DNA of 64,000 nt from Negaprion brevirostris (Eukaryota), in assembly GCA_030324005.1 (NCBI GenBank), contig JARDVH010000031.1:38349680-38413679 (forward strand). The letters are read 5' to 3'. The position numbers were made by a program, and so were the translations under genes. How positions within the stretch are numbered: position 1 is the stretch's first letter; each line of letters begins with the position of its first letter. The notes beneath the pieces were generated by a model. The model had not been told where the DNA came from. It ran no database searches and saw nothing but the letters and a program-made list of their open reading frames with translations. Below are positions 24,651 to 38,032 of this stretch, in pieces.

Positions 24651-24925
24651 TCTGTGGAATCACCGGGCCACCACCTCTTATGGTGGCGTCCCAATATGGA
24701 ACTTGATGTCTGGGTCTTTTGAAACATTGCGCTTGGTTAGGACAGTGGGGCACGTAGCATCCAGCCCACCCTGATTGCATATTTAACCAGCCCAACATTG
24801 TGCGATTTGGTGCGAATTACCACCAGGCACTGAGATGGGAAAAACTCCCAGTTCCTGCCCCCGCCATGGGAGTTAGGTCTGAAATGGGAAATCGCAGCTC
24901 ATGTCTTAGTTGCTTTTGGTTATTC

Positions 24926-25092
24926 CGGTGGCACAATGGTTAGCACTGCTGCCTCCCAGCGCCAGGGACCCAGCTTCAAGACTCGGCTTGCGTCACTGTC
25001 TGTGCGGAGGCTGCACGTTCTCCCCGTGTCTGCATGGGTTTTCTCCCACAGTCTGAAAGACGTGCTGGGAAGGTGCATTGGCTATTAGCATG
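24926..25092 (+). mobile_element. Truncated HE1-related V-SINE
   Basis: GGTGGCACAATGGTTAGCACTGCTGCCTC head plus partial V-domain. Confidence 0.8.
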
Positions 25093-25198
25093 TTATATTT
25101 TCGCCTCTGCAACATGGGTTGGCATCCAGCTAAACATAGTGGAATAAAGAATTTCCGCTTAGCCAGGTCTCTAACCTATGCCACATGAACTTCAATAT

Positions 25199-25327
25199 AA
25201 AGGCAAAATATTGTGGATACTGGAATCTGAAACAAAAAACAGAAAATGCTGGAAAAACTTAGCAGGTCTCTCAGCATCTGTAGTGTGAGAATAGAGCCAA
25301 AGAGTCAAGGTGACCTTTCGTCAGAAC
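25199..25327 (-). mobile_element. Second Penelope-like terminal repeat family, hammerhead partly deleted
   Basis: Minus strand GTTCTGACGAAAGGTCA... followed by CAGATGCTG..GACCTGCT..TTTTCCAGCATTTTCTG; the GAAA box is absent. Confidence 0.55.
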
Positions 25328-25392
25328 CCACGTGAATTTTGTAGACTTCATAAGCTACCTTCAAATGGGTAAAAGACAATAGCAGAAACCAT

Positions 25393-25687
25393 GATGGCAC
25401 AGCAGTTAACACTGCTGCCTCACAGCACCAGGGACCTAGGTTCAATTCCCAGCTCAGGTCACTGTGTGGAGTTTGCATGTCCTCTCCGTGTCTGCATGGG
25501 TTTCTAGTGGGTGCTCTGGTTTCCTCCCACAGTCCGAAAAGATGCACTGGTTAGTTGCATTAGCCATGCTAAATTCTCCCTCAGTATACCTGAACTGGTG
25601 CTGGAGTGTGATGACTAGGGGATTTTCACAGCAAATTCATTGCAGTGTTAACGTCAGCCTACTTGTGACACTAATAAATAAATTTAA
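25393..25687 (+). mobile_element. HE1-related V-SINE (tail type CTTGTGACACTAATAAATAA)
   Basis: Head, V-domain and tail all present. Confidence 0.85.
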
Positions 25688-26850
25688 AGGAAATCAGCTG
25701 CGGTAAAATCATTGAGCCAGTCCCTCTGACAGCAAGTATGGGCTCAGGATCTGCCTTTCACCCTAAAAGCAGGACCCTGAAGCCCACAGTAAAAAATTGG
25801 CCCCACATTCAGTTTGGGTTGCTGGATAGTGATCAGGAAAATAAACATTTTTAGATTTTGTGTTGCCATAGCCTGGAGATGCTGAAGTCAATTTTAGCAT
25901 TTCATTGCTCCCTAGTTAAGAGAGGTTCAGCATTAATCAGGTTTTGTGTAGCACAGGGCTAGACAAATGTTACACTTGTCTCCTGAACCACTGGACCAGA
26001 TCCTGGCTTAGTAAATTGTTATCACATAAACCAATATGGGTTTGACAACATTGAGTTATCAGATGATTGGCAAGGTTTACAAATGAAAACTGTATTATTT
26101 TTCATTCTGAAACTTGGCAGACTATGAAATTATCAAACAGATAGTGTTATTTTTAAGGTAAAAGTAGGAATGCATTTTTCTCTTAGTTTGCTTGTGGTAT
26201 GACTTACTGCTCAAATGTGATTTATTTGATTGAAACATTTGTATTTCTGTGATGGAATAAAATTTATATTAGAAATTACTCAAGCCTTTAGAACATTTCT
26301 AGCATGCAAAATAACTTTGTATACTGATAATTAATACCAACATGACTACCTTGTAATGGAATTTTGTGAAGTTCCTATGGCAAGATGGTTACTGAGCTAG
26401 TTTTTACTCATTTTGATTCAGAAATGGAGAATATTGATGTGATGTAAAATCATTTTTATCTGTAAATAGTTACTGTGGCTCTTCAGAAGATATATATTTA
26501 ATATCTACAAATCTCAATAAATTTTAAGTTAAATGGTTTGATTTTGACTTGAGAAATGAAGGCAAGTTTTTCTTTATTTTGCTTGTAAGCTGTTCAAAAT
26601 AGCTTGAGGCAAAATTTCTCTCCTGCTTTGGACTAATTCTATTCACAATTAATGGATCTGATTGTATGTTTTAGTTAAAGATAAATCTTTGAGATGAACT
26701 ATTACAGAATTTTATTCTTTTGATGCAATTTGAGTTTAGCATGCTAAGTTATGTGATTAATTTTTGTGATTATTTTCAGTTTCCAGTATTAAGAAACATC
26801 ACTCACCATCAACACGCATTCTAAATTTAAGCATCTTATTTCTTATACAG

Positions 26851-29800
26851 AATTTTCTAGCTCTGTTACCGTCGCTGCTGAAGATAAGAGGGAAGATTTC
26901 TACAGTAGTGACCTCCATGTGTCAGATAAAACATTTGAACTCAAGCCTGAAACAACACCTCTTTCCAGCATTTCAGACATAGAAGCTAAGCCTTTAAAAG
27001 CAATACCAGCATTTGTTAAGAGCATTTCCAGTATAGAGGTAGTTGTGGAAGATGTAGCTAAATTCACTGTGACAATAACTGGATTCCCCAAACCCTCTAT
27101 TCAGTGGTTTCATAATAGTAAAAAATTGACTCCTTCATCAAATTGCAAATTTATTTATGATAGGGATGAATATAGTCTAATTATACCTTATGCAAAATTT
27201 ACAGATGAGGGAGAATATACTTGCTCAGCTGCCAGTGTGCTTGGAACAACTTCATGTAGTGCATATCTGAAGATCAAACCAAAAGATGGTATGGGAGGGT
27301 TTAGGACATCAGCTTCAAAACCTCCAGTTGCAAAACCGACAGATAAAAAAATAAGCAAAGAGGCATTCTCAAAGGAAATTATGTCAATGATTCCAACAGA
27401 AACCATACATACCCTTAGAGGTCAGCCACCACATTTTTTCAAAGAACTTAAATCTGTGCAGTGCCCAGAAGGTCTGCCTGCTAAATTTGACTATGTAGTG
27501 AAAGGTGAGCCAGTGCCAGAAGTGCTTTGGTATAAGGGGAATGATCAGATTCACCAGAGTGTGCACTGCAATCTTAGATCCAATCCTGACGGCTCTGGTT
27601 CATTAACTATCAATAATGCACAAAAAGAGGACAGTGGTTTATATTCCTGCAAAGCTTTTAACTCATTTGGTGAAACAACTTGCACTGCAGAGCTAATTGT
27701 ATTCAGTGGCACTTCTGCTACTGTTGAACATAAGAAACAGAAAGTAGTTCAAAAGCACCATACCAAGTCATACACAAAGACTGTTGGTGATCATGCCACA
27801 GAGTCACGTTTATTCATGGTAAAGTTACCTGGTGAGGCTCAGGCTGAATTACAAGACAGAGATCAACTGGTGTACACAATAGCTTCTGAAGGTAAACATT
27901 CTGTTCACAGTGAGCAGACCGGCACATTGCATGATGTGACTGTTTCTGCTGCAGAAACAGCAATTGCAGGAAAGAGACAGATAATAATGCATTCACAAAA
28001 CACACAAGAAAGCCTAGGTTATATAGAGCAACATTATGAACCAATTAAAAGTCCACCAATGTTTGAATTATCAAGCACTGAAGTACAATTAGATTCTGCC
28101 CTTTGTTTGCCCACAATTGAGGAGAAAACTTTAATTCCAAAGGAAGGCAGTTTTAGTATCAGAGATTCATCTACTATAGATACTAAGACAAAGACAAAAG
28201 AAACAAGCATCTTGTCTGTGGAAAAGGATCTAATTCCCAGCTCCAGGACTGTTGTAGAGAAAGAAATACCAAAAACCGAGCCAGCATACTCTTTGCACAG
28301 CTACAAGGTTGAGGGAGATCAAGGACCACCCAAAGAGGCATTGTTTGGTTTTGAAATTCCTGCATTACAGAAATGTGAAATACAAAAAGAAAGAAAAATG
28401 GAGGCTCATACAGCTGTAGCAATGGAACAGAATAAAATAAAACATGAAATGGCAGAAGACATACAAATGTTAGATGAAGCAAGAGAAGCAAAACCGTTTA
28501 AAGAATTGCCAAAACCATTCTTGATGACTGTCACTGAAAGCCAGAAATCATTAGCAAAGGAATCTCTGTTCAAAGTACCTAAAGCTGATACACAACAAGC
28601 TTCAGTTATGAAAGATAAACTTGTGAAAACTGCTTTAACTGCAGAAGAAAAACAACAGCTCACGAGTGAACACACCAAAGCAATATTTGGGTTAGACAGT
28701 GCAATCTCATTAACATCAAAAAAAGAAGAAAAGACACCTTTGCATTTACAGATTGTTAAGGGACAAGACACTCTGCCCAAAGAAACAACATTTACTTTTG
28801 AAGTACTGGCAGATGAGAAAGCTGACCTCAGAAGGAGCCCAATATTGCTGCATTCATTACTATCAGAAGAACAGCATCTTTTACCTCACGAATACACAAC
28901 TCCGTTACCTGATGTAAAAGATGCCGTCAGAACTAAACCTATGAAAGAGCATATGCCTATTTTATCTCCTCATTATATGGAGACTACATGCATTTTTGAT
29001 AAAGAAAGGATGCAACCTGATGAGAAACCAGCATCTCATGTTGCAGCACACAAACTTGAGAAAGCATACAGCTATTCTGCTGTTGTGGAAGAGAAAGCAG
29101 AATTGTTAGCTGAACAAACTAAAACACTTGAAAAGGAAGTTCCAAGTGTACAGGCTGAAGTTAAAAGTGAGCATTCAGCAGAAGAATACTGCCCAGCTGT
29201 AACTGTACCAATGCACCTATCAAAAGAGAAATGTTTTACTGTTGAAGAGAAAGAACAACGTGCAGTAATAAAGAAGTTGGATGACACAGTTAAACAGTTT
29301 GGTACTACAACAGAGATTAAGATCGTGGAAGATGGTTCACTTGCCATTTCTGAAGCCGTAAATNNNNNNNNNNNNNNAGATAAATATGAATCAAAGCTCC
29401 CTTCAGTTTCTGTGCAGGTTAAAGATAAGGCAATGCCTATAGAAAGCATCAAGACTTTAGAGGCTGCAGAAGAGGACTTTGCAGCAAGAATCCAAGAGGG
29501 TCAGTCAGTAAGATTTCCATTGCTGCATGAAGAAAAACAGCTCATTGAAGAGGAACATTCTTCAGGAATCAAGAGATCAGAGCAAACCATTCTGAAGGTG
29601 GAGAAACAACCACATGAAACACAATTTGCTCAAGTAATACAAGAAAGTAATGCATTCCATAAAGAAACAGCATTCAAGGCTGAAGTTCCTAAAGCAGTCA
29701 CCTTAGATGTTAGTACACAGATTAAGAAAGCATTGCAGTCAGCTTTAGCAAGTGAACATTGTGTCCTTTCTTCTATTTTACTAGGTAGCATAGAACCAGT

Positions 29801-30717
29801 GAAGATTAAGGAATTAAAAGTTCAAAAAGAACCTAAATATAATTTATATACATACCAGATTACTAATATCAATCCTCCCATAGACATAACTCTGTCATTT
29901 GAGGGAGAATACCCTCAGAAAGCTGACTTAAGAAAGGAATTAATAGCTGCCTTCCATGCCATTACTCATGAACAACAGCAGGCTTTGCTAGCCGAGGAAT
30001 TGAATATCATTCAGCTGCCAACTGATAGGTTAGAAAAATTGTGCATCAGCATGGCTCCTGCAAAAGAGATGATCTCACCTGAAGCTGTCAACATTGCTGA
30101 AAGCACCTCTGAAGTGGCTAGGTATGGAATGCATATGACTGAACAGAAAATTCAGACAGCAGAGAAGACAGTTGTTCAAGAAATGATAGTAACCACTGAA
30201 TCAGAGGATTTTATTCAGAAGTTTAAATCTGTAGAGACAATTAAAAAAGGGGCAGTCGTTAGTCACATAAGAGATGTTGGTGGTGTGATAATTACTAAAG
30301 ATGCCCTTTCAGCACCTGTCCCAGTAGAGCAACCAACAGAAATTCTTAAAAAAGAGAAGAAAATTGAGGAGCTTATAGTTACTAGCATTTCTAAACCGAA
30401 AAAGCCAGATGAAACACCGATAAAAATCACCAAAGACATTCCAGTAATTACTAAAGGGCTTACAGATATCATTGTAGATGAAGATAGTGATGTAAAATTA
30501 AGCACAGTCATTACAAAAGTTAACAAGGTAAATTGGTATATCAATGGGAAGAAAATCATTTCAAAAAATGAGTTCAAATGTTTACAAGAACTTGACACTT
30601 ACTCACTTATAATCAACAATGTACAGAAAGAGGACCATCAAGGAGAATATGTCTGTGAGGCACTGAATGAAGCTGGAAAAGCAACTACTTCTGCAAAACT
30701 CACAGTTATTATAAGAG
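26851..30717 (+). CDS. TTN: N2B exon (I24, I25, N2B unique sequence of ~910 aa, I26); human exon 49 equivalent
   Basis: tatacag|AA TTT TCT AGC (EFSSS)...ATA AGA G|gttgga, 3867 nt open (15 N). PPHFFKELK, NPDGSG, RIQEGQSVRFPL, EDHQGEYVCEALN. Confidence 0.96.
28275..30000 (+). repeat. Cryptic ~74-aa (222-nt) periodic repeat in the N2B unique sequence
   Basis: KE/IE anchor codons at 28332, 28557, 28779, 29001, 29223, 29439 and 29661. Confidence 0.75.
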
Positions 30718-31639
30718 GTTGGATTATGGGGATAAAATCTTTGTTAATACGAACTTCAAAAGCTAATATATTGAACTAACTATGTAGTTAACTTTTGATA
30801 TTAGTTTCTCAAAACTCAACTGAGTTTATGCCAATAAATTAACATGACTAAATATTTCCTTCCCTCCTTCCTTCCATTCCTGTCTTCCTTTTTTACCTTC
30901 CTTATTTTAAAAGTAAAAGCATTATCTAGTTATCAATCTCTATACCGTGCAGTCAAAGCCTGATCAGACCGCATCAGTTGATTTCACAGATATTTTGCAT
31001 CAAAAATTTCAAAACTTAACATCATTAATTTAGGAAACCTAATCTGGTTTTGTATTAATTTAAATGAAAATTGCATTCTGGCTTGATGCAATCTTCAGAT
31101 GCNNNNNNNNNNGTTATGTTTAAACTTTACTGTGACTATATTATTATTTTTTGGTCTCTTATACTTTAACATTAACTTTTGATTAACATCAGCCATGGTG
31201 CTTTAAGTTTCTACTAACAGAATTAATATTGCTTTCATCCCCATATCCATATTTGAGGAGTTGCTAGATTTTTTATCATTATCATCACTTTGTCATAACG
31301 AAAATACATTTCTTCCTAAAACTTAATATCACCGTTTCTGTCATTTTTTTTTCTCTAGGAAAACATTTCATAGACGTACCAATTATTTGCATGTTTCTAT
31401 GGACACCACACATGTCAATAAATGTTGAATTTCATTCGTTGAAGTCTTTCATTTGTTGAGCACAACCACTGGTCAGCTAACATTTTTAACAATCATTTCT
31501 TCTCCACAGTCACTCCTTGGATTGTTAGTTACTGTCACCCTCCCTCCTCCATCTATGAATTTCAGGGGGTCACATGCGAAAAGAATTACAGTTAACTATT
31601 GCAGTATTTTCACATATTTTCCTTTAATTTAAATCATAG

Positions 31640-31918
31640 TGCCTCCGTCTTTCAAGAGGAAGATTGAACCACTGGAGGTAATAGTTGGACAAGCTTCTCA
31701 GTTTGAATGTGAAGTTGATCCTATTCCTGATGTAAGGTTCCAGTGGTTTCGAGCAAGAGCTGAACTTCGCGATAGTGAGAAGTACAGGATTGTGAATGAG
31801 AAATACATCTCCGTCTTGAAACTGCTGAAGCCTCAGCTAATTGACTGTGGTGAATACACCTGCAGAGCATCCAACCAGTGTGGTAGTGTTAGCAGCACAG
31901 CCAAACTGATGGTGACTG
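31640..31918 (+). CDS. TTN: Ig I27 exon (human exon 50 equivalent)
   Basis: catag|TG CCT...ACT G|gtaagt, 279 nt; KRKIEPLEV, VRFQWF, DCGEYTC. Confidence 0.96.
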
Positions 31919-33087
31919 GTAAGTCATCCATGTTCAAATTGTCTTTCATTTTAACAATTTGTTTTCAATCAGACTGTCTTAAAAGATTTGGATGGTTTCA
32001 TAGGTACCTTTACTTCACATATGTCTTAATATCACTTTCAACAATAGCAACACATGTTTTGATATTTTTATATCATTTAATTATGAAAATAGCTACATTT
32101 TGAAAAGATATTTAAATATTCAATGACTTTGCCTATCATCTGTTCATTTTTTTAAATAAAATCACTGTTGTGGCTTCTTTGTTTTGATAAAGCTGTCTGT
32201 TTTGCTAATAGAGTGGGTTGAATTTTTCCATTTGGATCATGAGTCTAACCCTGGCCCCAGAAGTGGCAGTGGTGGAATGTTGCTTGTGACCTTCCCAGAG
32301 GCAACCAATTGGCCTCTGGAAGCGCTGTCCAATTAAAGACAGCAGGAGGACCAATGAAGTGAGGGCATGTAACAATGTCTGGCTCGCAGCCCACTAGAAG
32401 GGTGGACTGAGATGAGCAGGCAGCCATCAGGGATTTCCCTAAGATTGATATGCTCTCCAGAGGATTTTGAAATGCTCAAAATCCCATTTGGTTGCATCTA
32501 TCAAGCCATCAGTGTAAAGGATAAGCCCACAACAGGTTTGCTTGTGGCCAGGAGGCTTTATTCAGGTAAATGATGGACAATAGCCTCATTGGGTGGTCCC
32601 CAACAATGGCATCTCTCCCCCAGTTGGTTCAGTAATGTGTTTAAAGCATTACAAATTCATTGCAATAAATTAATATATCTGTATAGCTGCATGATTAGTA
32701 TACAACTGTTGAAATTAAACTATGATACATATTCCTCCACATATAAAACTTCACCTTTAGAAAAATACTTAATTTTGAATTCATATCTTCCTTCAGTAAC
32801 ACAATACAGCACCTTGGCATCCGAATCAGTTTTGTTACCTAGATAATTGTTTTGCAAATTAGTTTTTTTTCTGACTGTGAGCTCTCTGAATGCCACAACA
32901 AATGCAGCAGAGGTTATCAAAAATGCTGCAACAAATGCAGCAGAGAACATCAATGTCATCTCTTTACTTGTGTCTTTCTGATTTTCTTTAAAGTAGATCG
33001 GGACAATATAACTGTCCTAAATGAGTACTAACTTAAAGCTTAATTCCTTCAAAAATGAAAATCCTAACCAAGATGTTTCTTTTGTAG

Positions 33088-33651
33088 AACTTACACCACC
33101 AAGCTTTATAACTAGACTGGAATCACTTACAACATTTGTGGGTAAAACTGCAAGACTTCAGTGCACAGTGGCTGGATCACCTGTGATCCACACCACTTGG
33201 CAGAAGAATGGTGTTGATGTTACTGATGAAGAGAACTGCAAAATATCAGTCAAAGACAACAAACGTGTTTTAGAAATTACCAATGTAAAGGTTCTGAATA
33301 AAGGAAGCTATTCTTGCAAAGTGACCAATGACTGTGGCACTGAAATTTGCAGTGCTGATCTGATAGTACTTGATAAACCACATTTCACTAAGACTCTTGA
33401 ACCTACTCAGACTATAATTAACTGCAGTACACATCTTGAATGTCACGTAGATGAAGACACAGCAGTTAAAGTGTCATGGAAAAAAGATGGATTAGAACTT
33501 CATTCTGGCAAAGATTATAAAATTACATTTGAAGACAAGGTAGCAGTTTTAGAAATTCTGAAAACCAAACTGAAGGATGCAGGAAATTATGTCTGTACTG
33601 CTTCAAATGAAGCTGGAAGTGATTCTTGCTCAGCGGCATTAGCAGTGAAAG
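33088..33651 (+). CDS. TTN: Ig I28-I29 exon (human exon 51 equivalent)
   Basis: tgtag|AA CTT...AAA G|gtaagg, 564 nt; SLTTFVGK, DKPHF, VDED. Confidence 0.96.
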
Positions 33652-34574
33652 GTAAGGAGTTCTGGAGATTGCTAACCTCTGGTAAGCAAAACTTGTGGTT
33701 GTTTGGATAAAACTAATGACAGATTTTAAGNNNNNNNNNNNNNNNNNNNNNNNNNNNNNNNNNNNNNNNNNNNNNNNNNNNNNNNNNNNNNNNNNNNNNN
33801 NNNNNNNNNNNNNNNNNNNNNNNNNNNNNNAGATCTTTTATTAGAGGCAACATTTCCTGTTGCAGGTTAGACAACTAACTCTAATTGCTGTTTGTTCAAA
33901 TCATATTTTTCTTCATTTTAATTTGCAAATTTTATATAGGTGCAATCACATTTATTAAATAACACTTTCATTAAAACATCTTGATTAAAGGCTGTTTTCT
34001 AATGCAGCTGATTCTTATTTATAATTGCCTCATTTTCATAGTTTAATGAAGCTGAGGATAATATCACTGTTTTTGTCATTACTCTTTTTCTATAAATTCA
34101 ATAAATGTTACCCTTAAAGATAATTTTTCATTTTGTAAGATATAGTATTGAAGCAATTGTGAATTTTGTAGAACAAAGTAACTGTGCTTTATATGCATCA
34201 TTTTGTACATCATAGGTAAATTATGCCTTCTCGTAAGTAAAATATGCACAGTAGATAAATATTTCTGTCACAGTGAAAGCTATCTTTTTCTTAATTTTAA
34301 TTAAACAGGCATTTATCTTGAATATTCTCAGTTCCTCCAAATCAGATGACTATGTATTTGTCTGAAGACAATCTTAATCTTGTATAGTATAAATATTTTC
34401 GCCACGATACAATGAGAAATATTGAATCAAGAGAACAAGTTAATAATGCAAATTAATGGAGTCTATCTGAATTAGGAAGTTGTTCTTTTAACACAGCCAC
34501 GTTAATTACAATTACTGTGCAGTTAGGATTGTGACAAATTCATTGCATTTGGATTCAGATTCACATAGCACATT

Positions 34575-36800
34575 TGTGTGAGAAATAAGACTGATGAGCT
34601 GCAGATGCAGGTAAGTACATGGAAATATGACGTTGTGGTGATAACAGAGATCTGGCACAAAGAGGGACAGGATTGGGTATTAAATATTCCTTGTTACAAG
34701 GTGTATGAGAAAGATGGGAAATGAAGGAAAGGAGGAGAGGCATTATTGATTAAGGAGACTTTTGTAGTGCTTGAGAGAAGGGATGTCACAGAGGGGTCAA
34801 AGGCAGAATCTATTTAGCTGGAACTAAAGAACCAGAAAAGATGCAATTACATTGCCCATTGTAGTCCATTGACCGTCAACAAGTGAAAAAGCCTCTAGGA
34901 AAGAAAAGAGTAGTTACAATGGGGGACTTTAATTGCCTGAATATAGACCGAAGGGCAGAGCGGGAAAAGATTCCCAACAGTTCATTCAGTTTAATTTTCT
35001 GTAGTAGTTTGTTTTCAGTTCAAAGAGAAAGGAGGCATTGCTGGATGTAATTCTTGGGAGTTAGTTGAGCCAGCTGGATCAAGTGTTAGTAGGGGAGCAT
35101 TTAGGAGGTTATTGTATCGTGAAGTTCAATCTAGTGTGAGAATGACTAAATTGTACAAAAGCAACTTCAATGTGGTCAGAATAGATCTGGCCCAGATAAA
35201 TTGTAAACAACTGTCAGACAATGTTACAACAATGTAACTGAACCATTTAAATTTACTTCAAATAAATAGCTGGTCAAGTATGGTCAAGGTGTATGTCCAT
35301 GAAGATGAACACGTGGGCAAACAAATGCAGAGCTCCAGAATGGTGAAAGGAATAGAGATTATGATGAAATAGAAAAAAAACATGCTTATGGCAGATGTCA
35401 GATGGATAATACAACTGAGAGCCAGACCAAATATAGAAGGGCCAGTAGGGGGTTGAAAAAACAAATCATAAATGAATCCAAAAGTCCTCTAGAGGTATAT
35501 AAATAGTAAAAGGATGGTAAGAGGAGGAATGGAACTGATTACGGTCCAAAAAGGGGATTTGCACATGGGGCTAGGGGACATAGGTGAGGTATTGAATTAA
35601 TGCTTTGCATCTGGCCATATCGAGGAAGAAGACCCAGATCATGATGAAAGAAGAGGGAGTTCAGACAGTTGAGAGCTTACAATTGATAAGTAGGAGGTAT
35701 TATGTAGGCTTTGTTTACTTAAAGTTGATAAGGCATTAGGACCAGATGAAATGCATCCAAGAATACAGAGGGAAGTCAGAGTGGAAATTGCAGAGATATG
35801 GCTATAATTTTCCAATCTTCCTTAGACTCCAAGTCAGCACATAGAAATCATAGAAATCCTACAGTACAAAAAGAGGCCATTCGACCCATCGAGTCTGCAC
35901 TGACCACAATCCCACCCAGGCTCTATCCCCATGACCCTACATATTTACCTGCTAATCCCTCTAAACTACACATCTCAGGACACGTAAGTGCAATTTTTAG
36001 CACAGCCAATCAACTTAACATGCACATCTTTGGATTATGGGAGGAAACTGGAGTACCCGGAGGAAACCCACGCAGACACGAGGAGATTGTGCAAACTCCA
36101 CACAGACAGTGACCCAAGCTGGGAATCAAACCCAGGTCCCTGGAGCTATGAAGCAGCAGTGCTGACCACTGTGCTATTGTGCTGCCACCAATGACTGGAG
36201 AATTGCAAATATTAAAACATAGTCCGAAAAAGGGTACAAAGGCAATGTAGTGGGACAGCTTTTAATAATTCTATACAAAATTAATAGTCATTTGGACAAA
36301 TGTGTGTTAATGAAGAAAAGCCAGTACAGACTTGTGAAGGGAAAATCATGTTTAGCTAACTTGTTTGAGATTTTTGATGAAGTTACAGAGGGTTGATGAG
36401 GGTAATGCTATTGATTTTGTGTACATGAATTTCCAAAAGACATTTGATAATGCTCCACTCAGTACACTTGTGAGCAAAGTTGGAACTCATTGGAAAAAGG
36501 ACACAGTCGTATATGGATAAAAAGTTGGCTGAGTGACAGGAAGCAAATAAGAGTGGTGAACGGTTGTTCTTCAGATTGGAGGAAGGTTTGTAGTAGAGTT
36601 TCCCAATGATGAGTGTAAGGAGCCCTGTTCTTCCATTTATATTTTAATAACCTGGATCTTGGTCTACTGGACACGATTTCAGAACTTACGGATTCAAAGC
36701 TTGGCAAAATTGTGAACTGTAATGACAATAGTGTAGAACTTCAGAAAAACACAGACAGACTGATGGAATGGGCAGACAAATGGCGTTGAGAGTTAATGCA
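34575..36800 (+). mobile_element. Decayed CR1 LINE ORF2 (endonuclease plus RT), interrupted by a SINE
   Basis: RNKTDEL..YDVVVITE, MGDFN, GPDEMHPRI, IFQSSLDS|PNDWRIAN, VYMNFQKTFD; many stops. Confidence 0.85.
35840..36186 (-). mobile_element. Full HE1 SINE nested in CR1
   Basis: CATAGAAATCATAGAAATCC tail through GCAGCAGTGCTGACCACTGTGC head; CR1 peptide continues across the insertion. Confidence 0.9.
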
Positions 36801-37214
36801 GGACCCGAAAATCCCTCCCTTTGTGTTTCTTTTATAATTTGCTTACTTCTGTTCCTTAATTTACCTTTACAACAAAATAAATAAGGGAGTCAGATGCTAA
36901 GCAATTATTAAATCAAGCATTCTGTTGATCACACACATTTTAAAATCAAGACCTATCTGAGCCTAAGTGTATTCAGTTTCACACTTCAGTTGCTGCTTTA
37001 CATCTGTCACCAACTTAACTGTTTTATATATATAGATATGATTTTGTTTTTATCTTTGTTGAAAAATGGTTAAAAGCTTAAACACTAATATCACTAGTGA
37101 TGATTAATATGTCATATGTTATATCTTTAAATTTGTTTTAGTGATATTAGTTCTCTTCTTATAAATGCCTCTTCCTTGGCATCTCTTAAAATATTTCTTC
37201 AAACCTCCCTTCAG

Positions 37215-37496
37215 AACCACCTTCATTCGTTAAGAAGTTAGAACCATCATTGCTATTGAAACAAGGTGATTCAGTGCACTTGCAGTGCCAAGTGAAAGGG
37301 TCACCCAAAATCAGCCTTGCCTGGTACAAGAACAATAAGATTCTCAGTTCCTCCGAAAAGTACAAGATATCATTTGCTGACACTACAACTGCTCTTGAGA
37401 TTCATGATCTAAATGTAGAAGATAGCGGGGATTATGTGTGTGAAGCACAAAATGAAGCTGGCACTGATAGCTGCAGCTCTGCCATCACAATCAAAG
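37215..37496 (+). CDS. TTN: 6-Ig super-repeat 1, domain A
   Basis: ttcag|...|gtctgt, 282 nt, EPPSFVKKLEPS. Confidence 0.95.
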
Positions 37497-37619
37497 GTCT
37501 GTATGATGTTGTCATTGATTTCACATTAGGCAACATTGTTGCTTTCTCTCATCTCTTTGGAAAAAAATACTCGTTTAAAATAGAATGTTAGCATGGGATT
37601 TTTATGTTTTCCTTTGTAG

Positions 37620-37898
37620 AGCCTCCCTCTTTTATCAAAGCGTTTGAACCTACGGAAGTGGTAAAAGGTTGCGGTTGCACTCTTGAATGTGAGCTGGCTG
37701 GCACAGCTCCATTTGATATTCTATGGCATAAAGACAGGAAGCCAATTCGAGCTAGCAAGAAGTACAAGATGACCTCCAAAGATGCTCATGCTTCTCTCCA
37801 TATTAGCTTCTTTGAATCCTCAGACGTCGCTAATTATCAATGCACTGTTTCCAACGAAGTTGGAAAATGTCTTTGTGGCGCATCAGTAAAGTTAAAAG
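37620..37898 (+). CDS. TTN: Super-repeat 1, domain B
   Basis: tgtag|...|gttagt, 279 nt. Confidence 0.95.
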
Positions 37899-38032
37899 GT
37901 TAGTAATATTCTCAGAAAGTGAAGCAAATGCTTTCATTTTCTACCAGTATAAGTAGATATTGAGAAATTAACAAAGTTCATTTAATGGATGGACCCAACC
38001 CAAACATACTCTATATGTTCATTTTAAATTAG

